Shown here piece by piece: positions 37,738 through 48,057 of a stretch of 64,000 bases of DNA. A program made the translations under genes and the position numbers. This DNA comes from Holosporales bacterium. Lineage in GTDB: Bacteria; Pseudomonadota; Alphaproteobacteria; Holosporales; CAZGKG01. The DNA is taken from assembly GCA_044361745.1 (NCBI GenBank), contig JBIKIF010000001.1, positions 16,104 through 80,103 of the forward strand. The letters run 5' to 3'. The notes beneath the pieces were generated by a model that ran no database searches, was not told the DNA's origin, and worked only from the letters and a program-made list of their open reading frames with translations. Position 1 is the stretch's first letter; every line of letters begins with the position of its first letter.

Positions 37738-37876
37738 GGAAGGGCTCCTTTCGTGAAATGAGGTGCGGCTTTGAGCGCGTCTGCCTTCATCCAAAGACGG
37801 GTCTGCTTTTGCCGAATAAATATTTTTATGAGACTTTTTTTCAAAAGAAGAGCTTGAAAAATTGTTTTCTTCCATC

Positions 37877-37919
37877 AAAAAAACCTTTCAAAACAATCAA
37901 TTAAATTGTTTTGGAAAGG
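37877..37919 (-). terminator. Rho-independent terminator (minus strand)
   Basis: On the minus strand, CCTTTCCAAAACAAT-loop-ATTGTTTTGAAAGG (14-15 bp stem with one bulge) is followed directly by UUUUUUU. It lies about 275 nt downstream of the glmS stop. Confidence 0.6.
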
Positions 37920-38192
37920 TATGAAAAAAACCTATAAAAGTCAAATTTTAATCAAAATTGCATAAATTCCGACTTTAAAGGATGGCATTGACCCAACGGT
38001 CTTCCAATCAGTTTTCGATCTTTTCCTGCAGGGCATTTTCGATCCGATCCACAGCACTGGGAGGAGGGGACGCGACAACAGAGGGTGCCGCCTGTGGGGA
38101 TGGCTGCCGGTGTTGCTTGAGGGGCGGCAGGGGTTTGGGGAGCGGTTGGCGTAGGTGCCTTGTTGGAAGGGAGAGAGGCCTGAGTTTGCCCC

Positions 38193-40031
38193 CTATTCCA
38201 CGGTGACAGACTTCGCCAGATTGCGGGGCTGGTCTACGTCTCGGCCTAAAAGACAAGCGGTTTGATAGGCGAGCAGCTGAAGCGCCACCCCGTACACAAA
38301 AGGCGCCGTAACAGTGGATGTTTCTGGCAAAACCAAAAATGAGGCTTTCAGCTGGGGCATCCGGTCCCGCCCTTTGGCGTCTGTGAGAATCAACAAAGGG
38401 GCTTTGCGTGCCGCAACCTCCTGGATCGTCCCAATCATCTTATCAAATGTGTCTCCGAAGGGGGCCAGCACCACCACAGGAAGACTGGCGTCTAGGAGGG
38501 CAATAGGCCCGTGCTTCATTTCTCCCGCACCGTACCCTTCCGCGTGAATATAGGACAATTCCTTGAGTTTCAGGGCGCCTTCGGACGCTAGAGCTGCAAA
38601 AGCCCCCCGCCCCAAAAAAAGGGAACTCTTGGCATCCGCCAGATGGCGTGCTGCCAGTGTTTTGATCACAGGGTCTAAAGCCAGAACTTTCATCAGCACA
38701 GCAGGCAATCCTTGGGCTTCCCGAATCAATGTTTCAAAATGGGCGTCCGAGAGGGTGCCTCTCACCCGCCCCAAATCAAGGGCTAGGTTCAAAAGGGCGA
38801 AAAGCTGGGCGGTAAAAGCTTTGCTAGAGGCCACACCAATTTCAGGGCCCGCATGGGTTTCAATCACCACATCTGCCCGCCTTGCGAGAGAGCTGGCCGG
38901 GACATTCACCAGCGCAAGGGTGTGCTGCGCCAACGCTTGGGCTGTTTCAAAAGCGCCCAAAGTGTCCACGGTTTCTCCTGATTGGGAAACGAACACAACC
39001 CATCCGTCCTGAGGAAGAGGGGTATTTTGGTACCGCAACTCTGACGCCAATTCCCCAATGGTGCGCGTGCGGGTCCAGGCTTCAAACCAAGGACGGGCCA
39101 CCAAACCTGCATAGTAAGCGGTTCCGCAGGCGGTAATCGTGAGAGAGGAAAGTTTTTGAGCAGACTCCAGAAGTCCATGTCGCTCTAAGATTCCTGGGAA
39201 CGTTTGAGGGGCGTGCTCTAAAAGGGCAGCAAGCATCTGGGGTTGTTCAAAGATTTCCTTGTGCATAAAGTGGGGATGATTGCCCTTTTCAAGGCCTGTC
39301 GCGTCAATGGGATTGGGCAGACTGTCCCGCATGACCGGGGCGCCCTCAGCATCAAAAATTTGAATCCCCTCAGGGGACAGAAGGGCAAAATCCTTGTCTT
39401 CCAAGTACATGATGTGGCTGGAGAGTCCGGCGAGTGCAATGGCGTCTGAACCACAAAATGTCTCATGCTCCCCAAGAGCCACCGCCAGAGGGCTGTTCCC
39501 TTGACGATAAGCCACCAGGGTGTCTGGAAAGTCTTTCAACAGAATGGCGCAGGCAAAAGACCCTTCAAGACGACAGAACACAGACCTCAGAAGGCCAGGC
39601 AAATCCTCTTTGGATGGGGCGGATTCTAAGATTTTATCGACCAGGTGGACGATCACCTCTGTATCCGTTTCGCTGTCAAAGACAGCGCCTTGTTCCTTCA
39701 AAGCTTCCCGAAAAGGATGAAAATTTTCAATAATGCCGTTGTGCACCACAAAAATACGATGATTCCCCTGGGGGTGGGCATTGGATTCGCTAGGAACACC
39801 ATGGGTGGCCCAACGGGTATGGCCAATGCCCGCTGTCCCGTCGAGAGGCTGTGCGGCCAAGCAGGCTCGTAGAGCCTTAATTTTCCCGCAGGCCCGCCGC
39901 CGTTCAAAATGGGAGGCATTCATTGCGCAAAGGCCGGCGGAATCATATCCGCGGTATTCGAGACGCTGCAAGCCGTTGAGCAGACGATCGGTTACAGGCT
40001 GACGCCCCACAATCCCTATAATGCCACACAT
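38193..40031 (-). CDS. glmS: Glutamine--fructose-6-phosphate aminotransferase
   Basis: MCGIIGIVG is the N-terminal nucleophile. Two SIS domains are present and the C-terminus is ...NLAKSVTVE. 612 aa. Confidence 0.95.
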   Translation of the reverse strand: MCGIIGIVGRQPVTDRLLNGLQRLEYRGYDSAGLCAMNASHFERRRACGKIKALRACLAAQPLDGTAGIGHTRWATHGVPSESNAHPQGNHRIFVVHNGIIENFHPFREALKEQGAVFDSETDTEVIVHLVDKILESAPSKEDLPGLLRSVFCRLEGSFACAILLKDFPDTLVAYRQGNSPLAVALGEHETFCGSDAIALAGLSSHIMYLEDKDFALLSPEGIQIFDAEGAPVMRDSLPNPIDATGLEKGNHPHFMHKEIFEQPQMLAALLEHAPQTFPGILERHGLLESAQKLSSLTITACGTAYYAGLVARPWFEAWTRTRTIGELASELRYQNTPLPQDGWVVFVSQSGETVDTLGAFETAQALAQHTLALVNVPASSLARRADVVIETHAGPEIGVASSKAFTAQLFALLNLALDLGRVRGTLSDAHFETLIREAQGLPAVLMKVLALDPVIKTLAARHLADAKSSLFLGRGAFAALASEGALKLKELSYIHAEGYGAGEMKHGPIALLDASLPVVVLAPFGDTFDKMIGTIQEVAARKAPLLILTDAKGRDRMPQLKASFLVLPETSTVTAPFVYGVALQLLAYQTACLLGRDVDQPRNLAKSVTVE

Positions 40032-40070
40032 GGTTGCTTTGCCTCACTCGTCTAGGGGGTTACATCATCA

Positions 40071-41426
40071 TTACAAAAGAAAGCCCATGGCAAGGCTCAG
40101 AAAAATAGCAAAACCAAAAACATCTGTCGTTGTGTTCAGCAGAGGACCAGCACTGAGAGCAGGGTCCATCCCAAGGCGGGACACCAATAAAGGGAGCAGG
40201 GTCCCAGCAAATCCAGCCCAGAGCATGTTGAAAAGCATGGCGCTGCCCAAAACGATACTTAAAGGGCCGTCCCGGTACCATGAAAATGCCACCACACCCA
40301 GAACAAGGGCACAAATAATCCCATTTACAAAAGACACCATCACCTCTTTTGTAATGGTTCTGCGCATATTGACATGGGAAAGTTCTTGGTTGGCGAGGGC
40401 ACGCACCGTGACCGTAATGACCTGCATGCCCGCACTCCCTCCCATGGCCGCTACAATGGGCATGAGAATCGCCAGCGCCACCTTCTTTTCAAGGGCCACT
40501 TGGAAATGGGAAATCACGGCTGACGCTAAAAGGGTGTTCAGCAACGTTACCACAAGCCATTGAAGGCGCGCGATGCTGGTGGAAAAAATGGGAGAATAGA
40601 AGTCCGAAGCGGCGATCCCGCCCATATGCATGATGTCTTCTTCCGCCTCCTCATCAATGACGTCCATCACATCATCAAGAGTAATCATCCCCAGAAGTTG
40701 GCCATTCTCATCAACCACAGGCGCTGACAGAAGGCCATAACGCTTAAACAGTAAAGCCACACCCTCTTGATCCATGGTACTTGGAATGGGCTTTTGGCCA
40801 ACAGTCATGAGGTCTCCGAGGGTGGCCTTTTGGGGAGAATTCAGCAACCGAGATAACGGCACAAGACCTAAGGGGTGATTGTTCCCATCCACTACGCACA
40901 AATCGTAAAAGACATCCGGGAGATCTTTATTGCGGGCGACATATCGGATGGCCTGAACAACGGTACAGTCTTTGAGTAACGCCACAATTTCTTTTTGCAT
41001 GAGGCGGCCTGCGCTATCCTCAGGATAGCTGAGGCTTTTCTCAAGGCTAAGGCGCGCTTCCGGAGTAATCGAACTGAGGACCTGTTCTTGTTGATCCTCA
41101 TCCAAGTCCTCAATCACCAAAAACGCATCATCGCTTTCAAGATCAGAGACCGCCGCCGCCAGCTCCTGAGGATTGAGAAGACGGGTCACCTCTTCTCGCA
41201 CCGTATCATCCAGGTAGGTTAGAACCTCTGGATTCATGTGAGGTAAAATCGTATGGATCAAATCGGCCCGAAGATGGGGGCTGAGGTATTGGATAATTTT
41301 GGCCAGATCACCCGCATGAACGCCATCCAGCAAGTCTGAGAGATCTTGCAGACGTGCTTCTTGGAGGGCCTGCACAACTTGGGAGGCCCGCTCTTCAAGA
41401 GAGGGAGTGGATGTTTCAATAGACAA
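40071..41426 (-). CDS. mgtE: Magnesium transporter MgtE
   Basis: It has an MgtE_N region, tandem CBS domains, and a C-terminal five-helix membrane domain (GGIAASDFY..., AMGGSAGMQ). The start is TTG. Confidence 0.9.
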   Translation of the reverse strand: MSIETSTPSLEERASQVVQALQEARLQDLSDLLDGVHAGDLAKIIQYLSPHLRADLIHTILPHMNPEVLTYLDDTVREEVTRLLNPQELAAAVSDLESDDAFLVIEDLDEDQQEQVLSSITPEARLSLEKSLSYPEDSAGRLMQKEIVALLKDCTVVQAIRYVARNKDLPDVFYDLCVVDGNNHPLGLVPLSRLLNSPQKATLGDLMTVGQKPIPSTMDQEGVALLFKRYGLLSAPVVDENGQLLGMITLDDVMDVIDEEAEEDIMHMGGIAASDFYSPIFSTSIARLQWLVVTLLNTLLASAVISHFQVALEKKVALAILMPIVAAMGGSAGMQVITVTVRALANQELSHVNMRRTITKEVMVSFVNGIICALVLGVVAFSWYRDGPLSIVLGSAMLFNMLWAGFAGTLLPLLVSRLGMDPALSAGPLLNTTTDVFGFAIFLSLAMGFLL

Positions 41427-41728
41427 TGGTCAGCCCTCGAGCGTGCACAGCAAGCGGATATTCTCTCTTCTACGCGGCCATTGCCTGAAATGCAAGGGGT
41501 CAAGCATGGATAGCGGCCGGCGGAGGGTTGGGAGCTGAAGGGTTTCCATTTGCTCCGGAGATTTTGTCTCAAGTTAAAGTGTTTTGGCTCTATGATTCAG
41601 GCAGCGCTTGTGACTGTCCGGGATCTATCGGCAGAGGGTCGGTGATCTGGAAAGAGAATCCCTGATCAATCTTGCCTTTACGGCTTAGGTTCGATAGAAT
41701 GAGAGCATCATAAAGGAACCAGGCAAAG

Positions 41729-42376
41729 ATGCGTATTTTTCTGGATTCGGCCAATCTTTTGGACATTCGGGCTGTCGTTGAGACAGGTTTACTTGAGGGA
41801 TTGACCACGAACCCAACCCTCTTGGCTCAAGAAAAGTCTTTTCATTCGGGCCTCCTCAAAGACCTGTGTGAGCTGGTCCCAGGACCTGTCAGTCTCCAGG
41901 TGTCCGGTCACACTGCGTCTGAAATGATTGAACAGGGGAAGCGTCTTTACGGGCTTGCCCCCAATGTTGTTGTGAAAGTCCCCCTGACGCCGGATGGTCT
42001 GAAAGTCTGCCGTGCGCTTCGCATGCAAAATATTCCAGTGAATGTCACTCTTTGTTTTTCTCTGAGCCAAGCCCTTCTGGCGTCCCGCGCTGGGGCAACA
42101 TACGTCTCTCCTTTTTTGGGGCGTCTTGAAGATGGGGGACAGGACCCGGAGGAGCTTCTTCTGAGGATGCGGGAACTCTACGATCAACATGACTCTTCAA
42201 CTCTGATTTTAGCCGCCTCTATTCGTAACACAGCTCATGCCGAAATGGCTGCTTTGGCTGGCGCCCATGTGGCTACCATGCCTGCCTCCGTGTTCTGGTC
42301 GCTCTATGATCACCCTCTCACAGAGCAGGGACTTGCGAAGTTCGCTGAAGACAGTCATAAGGCGTCTCTGGATTAG
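41729..42376 (+). CDS. tal: Transaldolase, short (fructose-6-phosphate aldolase-like, type 3B) form
   Basis: MRIFLDSANLLDIRAVVETGLLEGLTTNPTLL...VVKVP...NVTLCFS...YVSPFLGRLED is present. 215 aa. Confidence 0.85.
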   Translation: MRIFLDSANLLDIRAVVETGLLEGLTTNPTLLAQEKSFHSGLLKDLCELVPGPVSLQVSGHTASEMIEQGKRLYGLAPNVVVKVPLTPDGLKVCRALRMQNIPVNVTLCFSLSQALLASRAGATYVSPFLGRLEDGGQDPEELLLRMRELYDQHDSSTLILAASIRNTAHAEMAALAGAHVATMPASVFWSLYDHPLTEQGLAKFAEDSHKASLD

Positions 42377-42421
42377 GGTCTCGAGTAGGTTTTGTGTCGT
42401 CATCTTAAGGGGGATCGGTCG

Positions 42422-43429
42422 ATGTCTCGTGGGCTTACACCCCTGTCACTCAGTGGTCTCAAACCTCTGTGCAACCCTTCCCTTTGGCCTTTGCTTGAGC
42501 GTTTTGAGCGGTGGCTTTTATCGGAGCGCATTCTCTCTCTCCAAACTTACAGAACGTACATGGGGGATTTGAAGCAAGCGTTTCAATTTTTTCGGGATGC
42601 CCACGGAACTCTTCCAGACGAACCTTTTTTGACCAGCCTGACCGCCAGTGATTTCAGGTCTCTTCTCGCGTCCCGTGTGAGTCAAAGTGTGAGCAAAAGG
42701 ACCAATGCGCGGATGCTTTCTGCCTTGCGGACTTTTTTTCGCTTTATGGAAATGGAGACCGGGGTCTCTCAAGAAGGGATTCACAGACTGAGAAGCCCTC
42801 GGCTTCCCAAACGTCTGCCGCGCCCTCTTACTCCGTCTCAAGCCCTTGAGCTGACAGAGCCTTTGACCGTTGCTGGTGAGGAGAGACAAGACTCTTGGCA
42901 GACGCTTCGAAACCGCGCTTTGTTTGCTCTTTTGTACGGATGCGGTCTACGAATTTCAGAAGCGCTTCGCTTGAATATGAGGGATTTTCCATGGGAATGG
43001 CACCCAGGGTGCGCCCTGAGGATTCTGGGCAAGGGACAAAAAGAGCGTTTTTCCCCTCTTTTAGAGAGAGTTCATGCTTTGATCTTGCAGTCTCTTGAGG
43101 CAACGCCCTTTGTCAAATCTCCAGACTCTCCACTTTTTTTCAGCACACGGGGGAAACGTTTTTGCGGCGCGCAAGCGGCTTCTGCTCTTGCGGCTTTGAG
43201 ACTCCCCCTTGGTTTGTCTCCGAAAGCAACGCCCCATAGTTTACGCCATAGCTTTGCGTCCCATCTTTTAGAGGCGGGGGTTGACCTGCGGCATGTCCAA
43301 GAGCTTCTAGGGCACAGCTCTCTCGCCTCAACTCAGGCCTATATTCAAGTCTCGGAAGACGGGATTCTAGAAGCTTACGCAAAAGCCCACCCGCTGATGA
43401 AGGGAAAAGGACGCAATGGCCCTATCTGA
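42422..43429 (+). CDS. xerC: Tyrosine recombinase, XerC-like
   Basis: It has an N-terminal SAM-like domain (RTYMGDLKQAFQFF), the catalytic RISEALRL, HSLRHSFASHLLEAGVDLRHVQELLGHSSLASTQAYIQV. XerC versus XerD is judged from the HSFA/VQELLGH pattern only. Confidence 0.7.
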   Translation: MSRGLTPLSLSGLKPLCNPSLWPLLERFERWLLSERILSLQTYRTYMGDLKQAFQFFRDAHGTLPDEPFLTSLTASDFRSLLASRVSQSVSKRTNARMLSALRTFFRFMEMETGVSQEGIHRLRSPRLPKRLPRPLTPSQALELTEPLTVAGEERQDSWQTLRNRALFALLYGCGLRISEALRLNMRDFPWEWHPGCALRILGKGQKERFSPLLERVHALILQSLEATPFVKSPDSPLFFSTRGKRFCGAQAASALAALRLPLGLSPKATPHSLRHSFASHLLEAGVDLRHVQELLGHSSLASTQAYIQVSEDGILEAYAKAHPLMKGKGRNGPI

Positions 43430-43478
43430 AATCTCTCCAAACCATCTGGGTCCATTGATCCCTTAGGAATCTCCATCT

Positions 43479-43557
<79 letters not shown>

Positions 43558-43943
43558 TTTGAATTGGCCTCAGGAAGCCATATTTAGGATTTTTTTGCAA
43601 GCAACTCTTTTAAAAATTTTTTCTCTTTTTTCTATTGTTAAACTGAGTCGTTTCAAAAGAATCCTTTAAAATCCATTTATTGAAAAGAAATACCTCCCGA
43701 GGATCGGATAAAATTTTATGTTTTAAGAGAATTGTTTGTAATCCAGGTGACCTATCAACGATGCCATCCTGGGAAGGCAAATGTTTATTAAATTTTATTA
43801 AATGGGGCAATAGCTGGATACCGCGGGAAAAAGTCTATTTCTGTTAGGGGAGGGCGATGTTAATCAATTTGAAAAAAAACAGGCGCACTATAAAATCATC
43901 GATCTAAAGGTTTTCTTGCTCATCTTTATTCAGGAGGTTCAAA

Positions 43944-44240
43944 ATGAACCCTTTTTCTGATGACAGTGCACGTGAAATTGACACTTTCAAAATTCGTTCC
44001 CGAACCCATAAACTTTTAGGTTTTTGGGTGGCGGATCTTTTGGGGCTGCCCCCCGAGGCTAAAGAACAGTATGTTGAGGATTTGCTGATGTTTGATCTGT
44101 TCCAAGGGCATTCATCAGACCTGCTTGAAAAAATTCATAACGATCTTTCCAAAGCCAATATTTTGATAAGTGAGGGACACTTGCAGAATCAAATGGATGC
44201 CCTTTGGCATTCCGCCCGTGCGTCTCTAACGGTTCATTAG
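43944..44240 (+). CDS. DUF1476 protein, F1-ATPase inhibitor zeta-subunit-like
   Basis: 98 aa. FKIRSRTHKLLGFWVADLLGL..EAKEQYVEDLL..D...G.SDLLEKIHNDL follows the pattern of the alphaproteobacterial zeta subunit, as recalled from Paracoccus. Confidence 0.55.
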   Translation: MNPFSDDSAREIDTFKIRSRTHKLLGFWVADLLGLPPEAKEQYVEDLLMFDLFQGHSSDLLEKIHNDLSKANILISEGHLQNQMDALWHSARASLTVH

Positions 44241-44246
44241 GTCTCC

Positions 44247-45920
44247 TTAACGCACCAAAGGCTTGTATTTGACCGGACGGGGTGTGAGGTCCCCCAGGCG
44301 TCTCTTGCGATCCACCTCATAGGCCTCATAGTTGCCTTCAAACCAGGTGACCATACTGTCTCCTTCAAACGCCAGAATATGGGTTGCGATCCGGTCGAGA
44401 AACCAGCGATCATGGGAAATCACAACGGCGCAGCCGGCAAAATTTAGGAGCGCCTCCTCAAGAGCCCGCAAAGTATCAATATCCAAGTCGTTGGTAGGCT
44501 CGTCCAAAAGGAGGACATTCACACCTGATTTCAAAAGTTTGGCAAGATGGACCCGATTCCGCTCTCCCCCTGAGAGGAATCCAACTTTTTTCTGTTGATC
44601 CGTTCCTTTGAAATGGAACCCGGCACAATAAGCGCGGCTAGAGACCTTCCGTTTCCCCAGTTGAATTTCATCAAGGCCTTCCGAAATTTCTTCCCAAACC
44701 GTTTTATCTGCCGACAAAGTGTCCCGAGATTGATCCACATACCCCAGCAGCACAGAGTCCCCAATACGAAGCTGACCTTTGTCTGGAGAGTCTGTCCCCG
44801 TCATCATGCGAAAGAGTGTGGTTTTACCAGCGCCATTGGGGCCAATGACCCCCACAATTCCACCAGCAGGCAAGCGGAAATCCAGATTTTCAATCAAAAG
44901 GTTGTCACCAAATCCTTTGGACACGCCTTCTGCTTCCACCACCAAATTGCCTAAACGGGGCCCTGGGGGAATCAAAATCTGTTGGGCTTCTTGGGCTTCG
45001 CGGCCAGAATCCGCCAGCAAAGCTTCATAAGACGATATCCGGGCTTTGTTTTTTGCTTGACGGGCTTTGGCGCCACTGCGAATCCACTCAAGCTCACGGG
45101 CTAAAATCTTCTGACGTCCCGCCTCTTGCTTCCCTTCAAGCTCAAGACGCTTTTGCTTCTGCTCAAGCCACGAGGAATAATTCCCCTCAAAAGGAATGCC
45201 TTCCCCACGATCCAGTTCTAAGATCCAGCTGACCACATTGTCGAGGAAATAACGATCATGGGTGACGAGAATCACGGTTCCCGTATACTCTTTTAAAAAG
45301 CGCTCGAGCCAAGCCACAGATTCTGCGTCGAGATGGTTTGTAGGCTCGTCTAACAGCAACAGATCCGGATGTTGCATCAAAAGGCGACAGAGGGCGACCC
45401 GACGTTTCTCTCCCCCAGAGAGCTGAGTCACGGAGGCGTCCCCTGGGGGGCACCGCAAAGCATCCATGGCAATCTGAATTTTACGGTCAATGTCCCATCC
45501 CCCAAGCACATCAATCTGCTCTTGCAGGTGTCCTTGCTCCTCAATTAATTGAGTCATTTCATCGTCCGACAAAGGCTCTGAAAAGCGTGCGCTGAGCTGT
45601 TCAAAACGATCCAGAAGATCTTTTGTATGGGTCAGGCCAGACATAATATTTTCATGAACTGTCAAAGTGGGATCCAGCGCAGGTTCCTGGGGAAGATAAC
45701 CAACAGACGTTCCCTCCGCCGCCCATGCTTCTCCCTGAAATTCCGTATCAAGGCCCGCCATTAATTTCATGAGGGTACTTTTCCCGGATCCGTTAACGCC
45801 CAGAATCCCGATTTTGGCGCCGGGGTAAAAAGACAAGTAAATGTTTTTAAAAAGTTCTCGCCCACCCGGTAGAATCTTTGAGAGCCCCTTCATAACGTAA
45901 ATATATTGATGGGTTGCCAT
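44247..45920 (-). CDS. ettA: Energy-dependent translational throttle ABC-F protein EttA
   Basis: 557 aa, starting [49 protein letters not shown]. It has two ABC cassettes ([22 protein letters not shown]) and no TM domains. Confidence 0.9.
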   Translation of the reverse strand: MATHQYIYVMKGLSKILPGGRELFKNIYLSFYPGAKIGILGVNGSGKSTLMKLMAGLDTEFQGEAWAAEGTSVGYLPQEPALDPTLTVHENIMSGLTHTKDLLDRFEQLSARFSEPLSDDEMTQLIEEQGHLQEQIDVLGGWDIDRKIQIAMDALRCPPGDASVTQLSGGEKRRVALCRLLMQHPDLLLLDEPTNHLDAESVAWLERFLKEYTGTVILVTHDRYFLDNVVSWILELDRGEGIPFEGNYSSWLEQKQKRLELEGKQEAGRQKILARELEWIRSGAKARQAKNKARISSYEALLADSGREAQEAQQILIPPGPRLGNLVVEAEGVSKGFGDNLLIENLDFRLPAGGIVGVIGPNGAGKTTLFRMMTGTDSPDKGQLRIGDSVLLGYVDQSRDTLSADKTVWEEISEGLDEIQLGKRKVSSRAYCAGFHFKGTDQQKKVGFLSGGERNRVHLAKLLKSGVNVLLLDEPTNDLDIDTLRALEEALLNFAGCAVVISHDRWFLDRIATHILAFEGDSMVTWFEGNYEAYEVDRKRRLGDLTPRPVKYKPLVR

Positions 45921-46083
45921 AAACCTCTCCTAAAGATTCTCTTTAAAAGGATCCTTATCAAATTACGTTCCAATTGCAAGAGGGGCTTCCCGCAAAATGT
46001 CCTTGATACATTTTGGTGCAAAACGCCACAAAGGCGCACGATTCCTGGGCAGATTCAGGATTACAGATGAGTCATGCACAATG

Positions 46084-46106
46084 TTATCCACAGGTTCCGT
46101 GGATAT
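46084..46106. promoter_or_regulatory. Convergent pair of DnaA-box-like 9-mers upstream of uvrC
   Basis: TTATCCACA (46084-46092) is a perfect consensus. The inverse-oriented CGTGGATAT (46098-46106) has reverse complement ATATCCACG, which matches at 7/9. A TTGACA hexamer follows at 46127-46132. Confidence 0.3.
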
Positions 46107-46162
46107 CTTTAGAAATAATTAACCTCTTGACAGGGGCTTCTTTTTGAGAGCCATAACCTATC

Positions 46163-48019
46163 ATGAGCGATTCTAAAATTTTTGACCGAACGAACCATAT
46201 CTGCGGTCTTCCCGTTGTCGAGGAGACGTTGCACACGCTCTCAGGAAGCCCTGGGGTCTACCGAATGCTGGGCACGAGGGGGGAAGTTCTCTACATCGGG
46301 AAGGCAAAAAACCTCAAAAAAAGGGTGAGAAGTTATACACAGGTTGACAAGCTTCCTCTCCGGCTGCAGCGGATGGTGTCCGAAACGGCCCGCATGGAAA
46401 TTATCGTCACCCACACGGAAATTGAGGCCCTGCTTTTAGAAGCCAACCTTATCCAAAAACTTTATCCTAAATACAATATTGTTTTTAAAGATAATCGCTC
46501 TATGGCGTACATCTTTCTCAGTGAAGAGGCTTATCCTGTGTTGCGCAAACATCGAGGCCCTCGCACCCAGAAAGGGGATTATTTCGGTCCGTTCCCCTCT
46601 GTGCAAGACGTTACCTCCACCTTATCCTCACTGCATCGTGCATTCTTGTTGCGCTCTTGCTCAGACCGTGTGTTTCAAACGCGGAAACGTCCCTGTCTTC
46701 AGTATTACATTAAACGGTGTAGCGCCCCTTGCGTCGATTTGATCTCAGAAAATAATTACAAGACTCTTGTGGGAAATGCTCGGTCGGCCCTTGCAGGCCA
46801 ATCCACTCAAGTTCAGGCGGATCTTGCCTCTGAAATGCAACGGCTCAGTCAAGACCAAGCGTACGAGCAAGCCGCCATTCTGAGGGATCGTATTCGTGCT
46901 CTGACCCAGTTGCAATCTCGGCAAACCATCTTTAGTGCATCTGTGGAAAACGGAGATGTGGTGGCCCTGGCCCAAGCCTCAAACCTGACCTGTCTCCAGA
47001 TGTTCTTCTTCCGAAATGGGGGGAATTATGGGACCAAAGTCTTTCTGATGCCTGCCCATGAAACCCAAGGGGAAGATCCATCCGCCATTCTTGAAGCCTG
47101 TCTTCTGCAGTTCTATCAAACGGTCACGCCTCCCCCTCTGATTCTTCTCAGTCAGCCCCCAGCCCATCTCAAATTGCTGACGGAGGCTTTGAGCACTCAG
47201 GCAGGGTTCCCGGTCACAATCGAAGTCTCCCCTTTGGGGGAGACCCAGGCCCTCATCAAGCACGCGCTTCAGAACGCCGAACAAGCTCTGGCCCGTGCCC
47301 TTGCGCAAAGGGAAAGCCAGGCGAAGGCCCTCCAGCGCCTTTCCAATTTTCTGAATCTTCCCCAGCAGCCTAACCGCATTGAAATCTATGACAACAGCCA
47401 CAGCTCTGGGAAAGAAGCCTATGGTGTCATGGTGGTGGCAGACTCAGAAGGGTTTGTCAAAAAACAATACCGTCAATTTAAAATCTCAGATGCGGTCATA
47501 CCTGGAGATGATTACGGCATGATGACAGAGGTCTTTGAGCGGCGCTTTCGACCCAGTGGGGATCACCCGGTCCTTCCGGATCTGATTGTGGTGGACGGGG
47601 GGGCGGGGCAGCTCAGCGTCTGTGCAGATGTCTTGCAGCGCTATCAATTGTCCATTCCCCTCCTGGCAGTCTCTAAGGGCCCTGAGCGCAATGCGGGCCG
47701 CGAAACCCTCCATCGGATGGGATGCACCCCCTGTCAGCTTCCCCCCGATGATCCCCTGCTTTATTATATTCAACGTCTTCGGGATGAGGCCCATCGCTTT
47801 GCCATTGCGACCCACGGACACCGCAAACAGAAGGGATCTCGGAAATCCACCCTGGACCAGATTCCAGGAATTGGACCCAAACGCAAGGCCAATTTATTAA
47901 AACATTTTGGATCAGTCGCGTCTCTGGCACGGGCCGGGATCAAAGATATGGTGGCGGTTGAAGGAATTCCAGAGGCTCTTGCGGAAAAAATCTATAGCTA
48001 TTTTCAAAATCATCATTAG
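46163..48019 (+). CDS. uvrC: Excinuclease ABC subunit C
   Basis: It has a GIY-YIG domain (PGVYRMLGTRGEVLYIGKAKNLKKRVRSY), a UVR domain, an Endo V-like domain and a C-terminal (HhH)2. 618 aa. Confidence 0.95.
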   Translation: MSDSKIFDRTNHICGLPVVEETLHTLSGSPGVYRMLGTRGEVLYIGKAKNLKKRVRSYTQVDKLPLRLQRMVSETARMEIIVTHTEIEALLLEANLIQKLYPKYNIVFKDNRSMAYIFLSEEAYPVLRKHRGPRTQKGDYFGPFPSVQDVTSTLSSLHRAFLLRSCSDRVFQTRKRPCLQYYIKRCSAPCVDLISENNYKTLVGNARSALAGQSTQVQADLASEMQRLSQDQAYEQAAILRDRIRALTQLQSRQTIFSASVENGDVVALAQASNLTCLQMFFFRNGGNYGTKVFLMPAHETQGEDPSAILEACLLQFYQTVTPPPLILLSQPPAHLKLLTEALSTQAGFPVTIEVSPLGETQALIKHALQNAEQALARALAQRESQAKALQRLSNFLNLPQQPNRIEIYDNSHSSGKEAYGVMVVADSEGFVKKQYRQFKISDAVIPGDDYGMMTEVFERRFRPSGDHPVLPDLIVVDGGAGQLSVCADVLQRYQLSIPLLAVSKGPERNAGRETLHRMGCTPCQLPPDDPLLYYIQRLRDEAHRFAIATHGHRKQKGSRKSTLDQIPGIGPKRKANLLKHFGSVASLARAGIKDMVAVEGIPEALAEKIYSYFQNHH

Positions 48020-48057
48020 ATTTGGAGGTATTATTGATTCTGAACCAAGGCGGCTCC

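Noticed and set aside
43570-43940. An AT-rich 370-bp spacer next to the 5' side of tRNA-Pro, containing track ORF 43610..43810 (66 aa).
   Set aside because: The ORF is Lys/Asn/Phe-rich, as expected from AT-rich non-coding DNA. No repeats or mobile-element ends were seen.
46108-46124. A TTTAGAA half-site resembling an Irr ICE box just after the DnaA boxes upstream of uvrC.
   Set aside because: The second half (ATTAACC) does not match TTCTAAA, so this is a single heptamer in AT-rich promoter DNA.
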